A stretch of DNA of 64,000 nucleotides from NCBI GenBank assembly GCA_976551045.1, contig CDPCPM010000076.1, positions 15,066,001-15,130,000 on the forward strand, read 5' to 3'. Positions within the stretch are counted from its first letter, which is position 1. The number at the start of each line of letters is the position of its first letter. The position numbers and the translations under genes were made by a program. The stretch comes from Glaucostegus cemiculus (taxonomy: Eukaryota). Under the pieces are notes generated by a model. The model was not told the DNA's origin. It did not search any database and saw nothing but the letters and a program-made list of their open reading frames with translations. Positions 63,105 to 64,000 of this stretch are shown here, one piece after another.

Positions 63105-64000
63105 CCCTCCTATTTTGTGCCATCCATCAGTGCTGGTTGATTACTAGGATGTGTGGACACTTGCTTCCAGCTCTTTCCTGCCTAGTATGAGTTACTACAG
63201 GGAATGCATGTACCTTGAAAGAAGGGTGTTCTTTCCCACCTCTTTGTATTCTGTGCAGCTGTCTCTCTACTTGATGGTGTTGCTCATGCTCAAAGCTCCT
63301 TGCACAGGGAGTTGTGGTGTTTGAAATATATAGCCTGTGGTTGTGTTCTGCACAACGTTACTGTCAATTCAACTCTATGCAATGCAATGCCAATTTGTAA
63401 AAGAAGTAAAACAATGGCCTTGCTCTGATGACTGGATGTACAGTTCCCAAAAGCATTATTGTGCTGCCTCATAAAGACACAATGTGAAGAACATGTTTGG
63501 GATTCTTATACCTGGAGACATTGCTCAGTCACTCTGAAGTGTCATGCCTTGAGATGGTTTGGCACCTGGAAAGATGTTTTAAATCTATGGTATGCAGTGT
63601 ACCACCTAACAATTTGTTCCAAGTTCTGCCACTGTAAAGCACCACTGTAATGGTGATTCAAGGCATTTTGCACCATAGATTGAGCTTTGTATGCTTTGTT
63701 CACTGAAGTTCCTCTTCTTTGAGCATCCATTCTTTGCAGAGTTGTGGGCTGGTCCGAGAATGTAGGGAGGTATCAGAGTAGGGGGCCACGGTCAGCTTAG
63801 CGACTGAGGGATAGAAAATGACTTTCACCTAGCAATGGGGTTTTCCTGGTAGCATTGGTTGCACTAGCAGTTTTTGAGGAGATTAGTGACCCAGTACTTG
63901 GGAGGCCCAGCATAGAGCACATAGAGCAAGAGTTATCCTGGCAAACAGGGATAGGTGGTCTCTTAATGTCAGCGGGTTGGGGGGGAGGGGGAATGTGGTG

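Noticed and set aside
59300-63190. Many plus-strand and alternative-frame ORFs across the Gypsy element (possible antisense or env-like gene)
   Set aside because: Expected in GC-rich sequence; no signal peptide or TM pattern and no room for env between integrase and PPT.
1-64000. CRISPR arrays, operons or prokaryotic defence systems
   Set aside because: Sequence is clearly eukaryotic (spliced gene, SINEs and LINEs); no regularly spaced repeat-spacer array was seen.

Overview
AT-rich, CpG-depleted vertebrate genomic DNA. The repeat mix (tRNA-derived V-SINEs, Deu-domain SINEs, CR1, RTE, Rex1/Babar and Penelope remnants) suggests a cartilaginous fish (inference). The only host gene found is the 3' part of ephrin-B1 (efnb1, + strand): coding exons at 36979-37071, 40550-40681 and 44139-44524, all with canonical AG/GT and matching phases. 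The signal-peptide and receptor-binding exons were not found, so 1-36978 is probably one very large intron. Downstream lies a full-bounded but defective 3.6-kb Ty3/Gypsy element (59479-63104, - strand) with 235-bp LTRs, a CCCT TSD, a tRNA-Trp PBS, a deleted protease and CsRn1/Kabuki-like hallmarks. Most other ORFs in the track are spurious or TE-derived. I found no convincing new multi-gene system. The best leads are a minimal hammerhead-ribozyme motif in a Penelope remnant, Penelope-derived fold-back elements with apparent TSDs, a triple-nested TE, an ETS-CRE/YY1 promoter grammar in the LTRs and an in-frame alternative donor in the efnb1 stalk exon. Repeat boundaries were read by eye and are approximate. 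Family names come from recalled motifs, not database searches.
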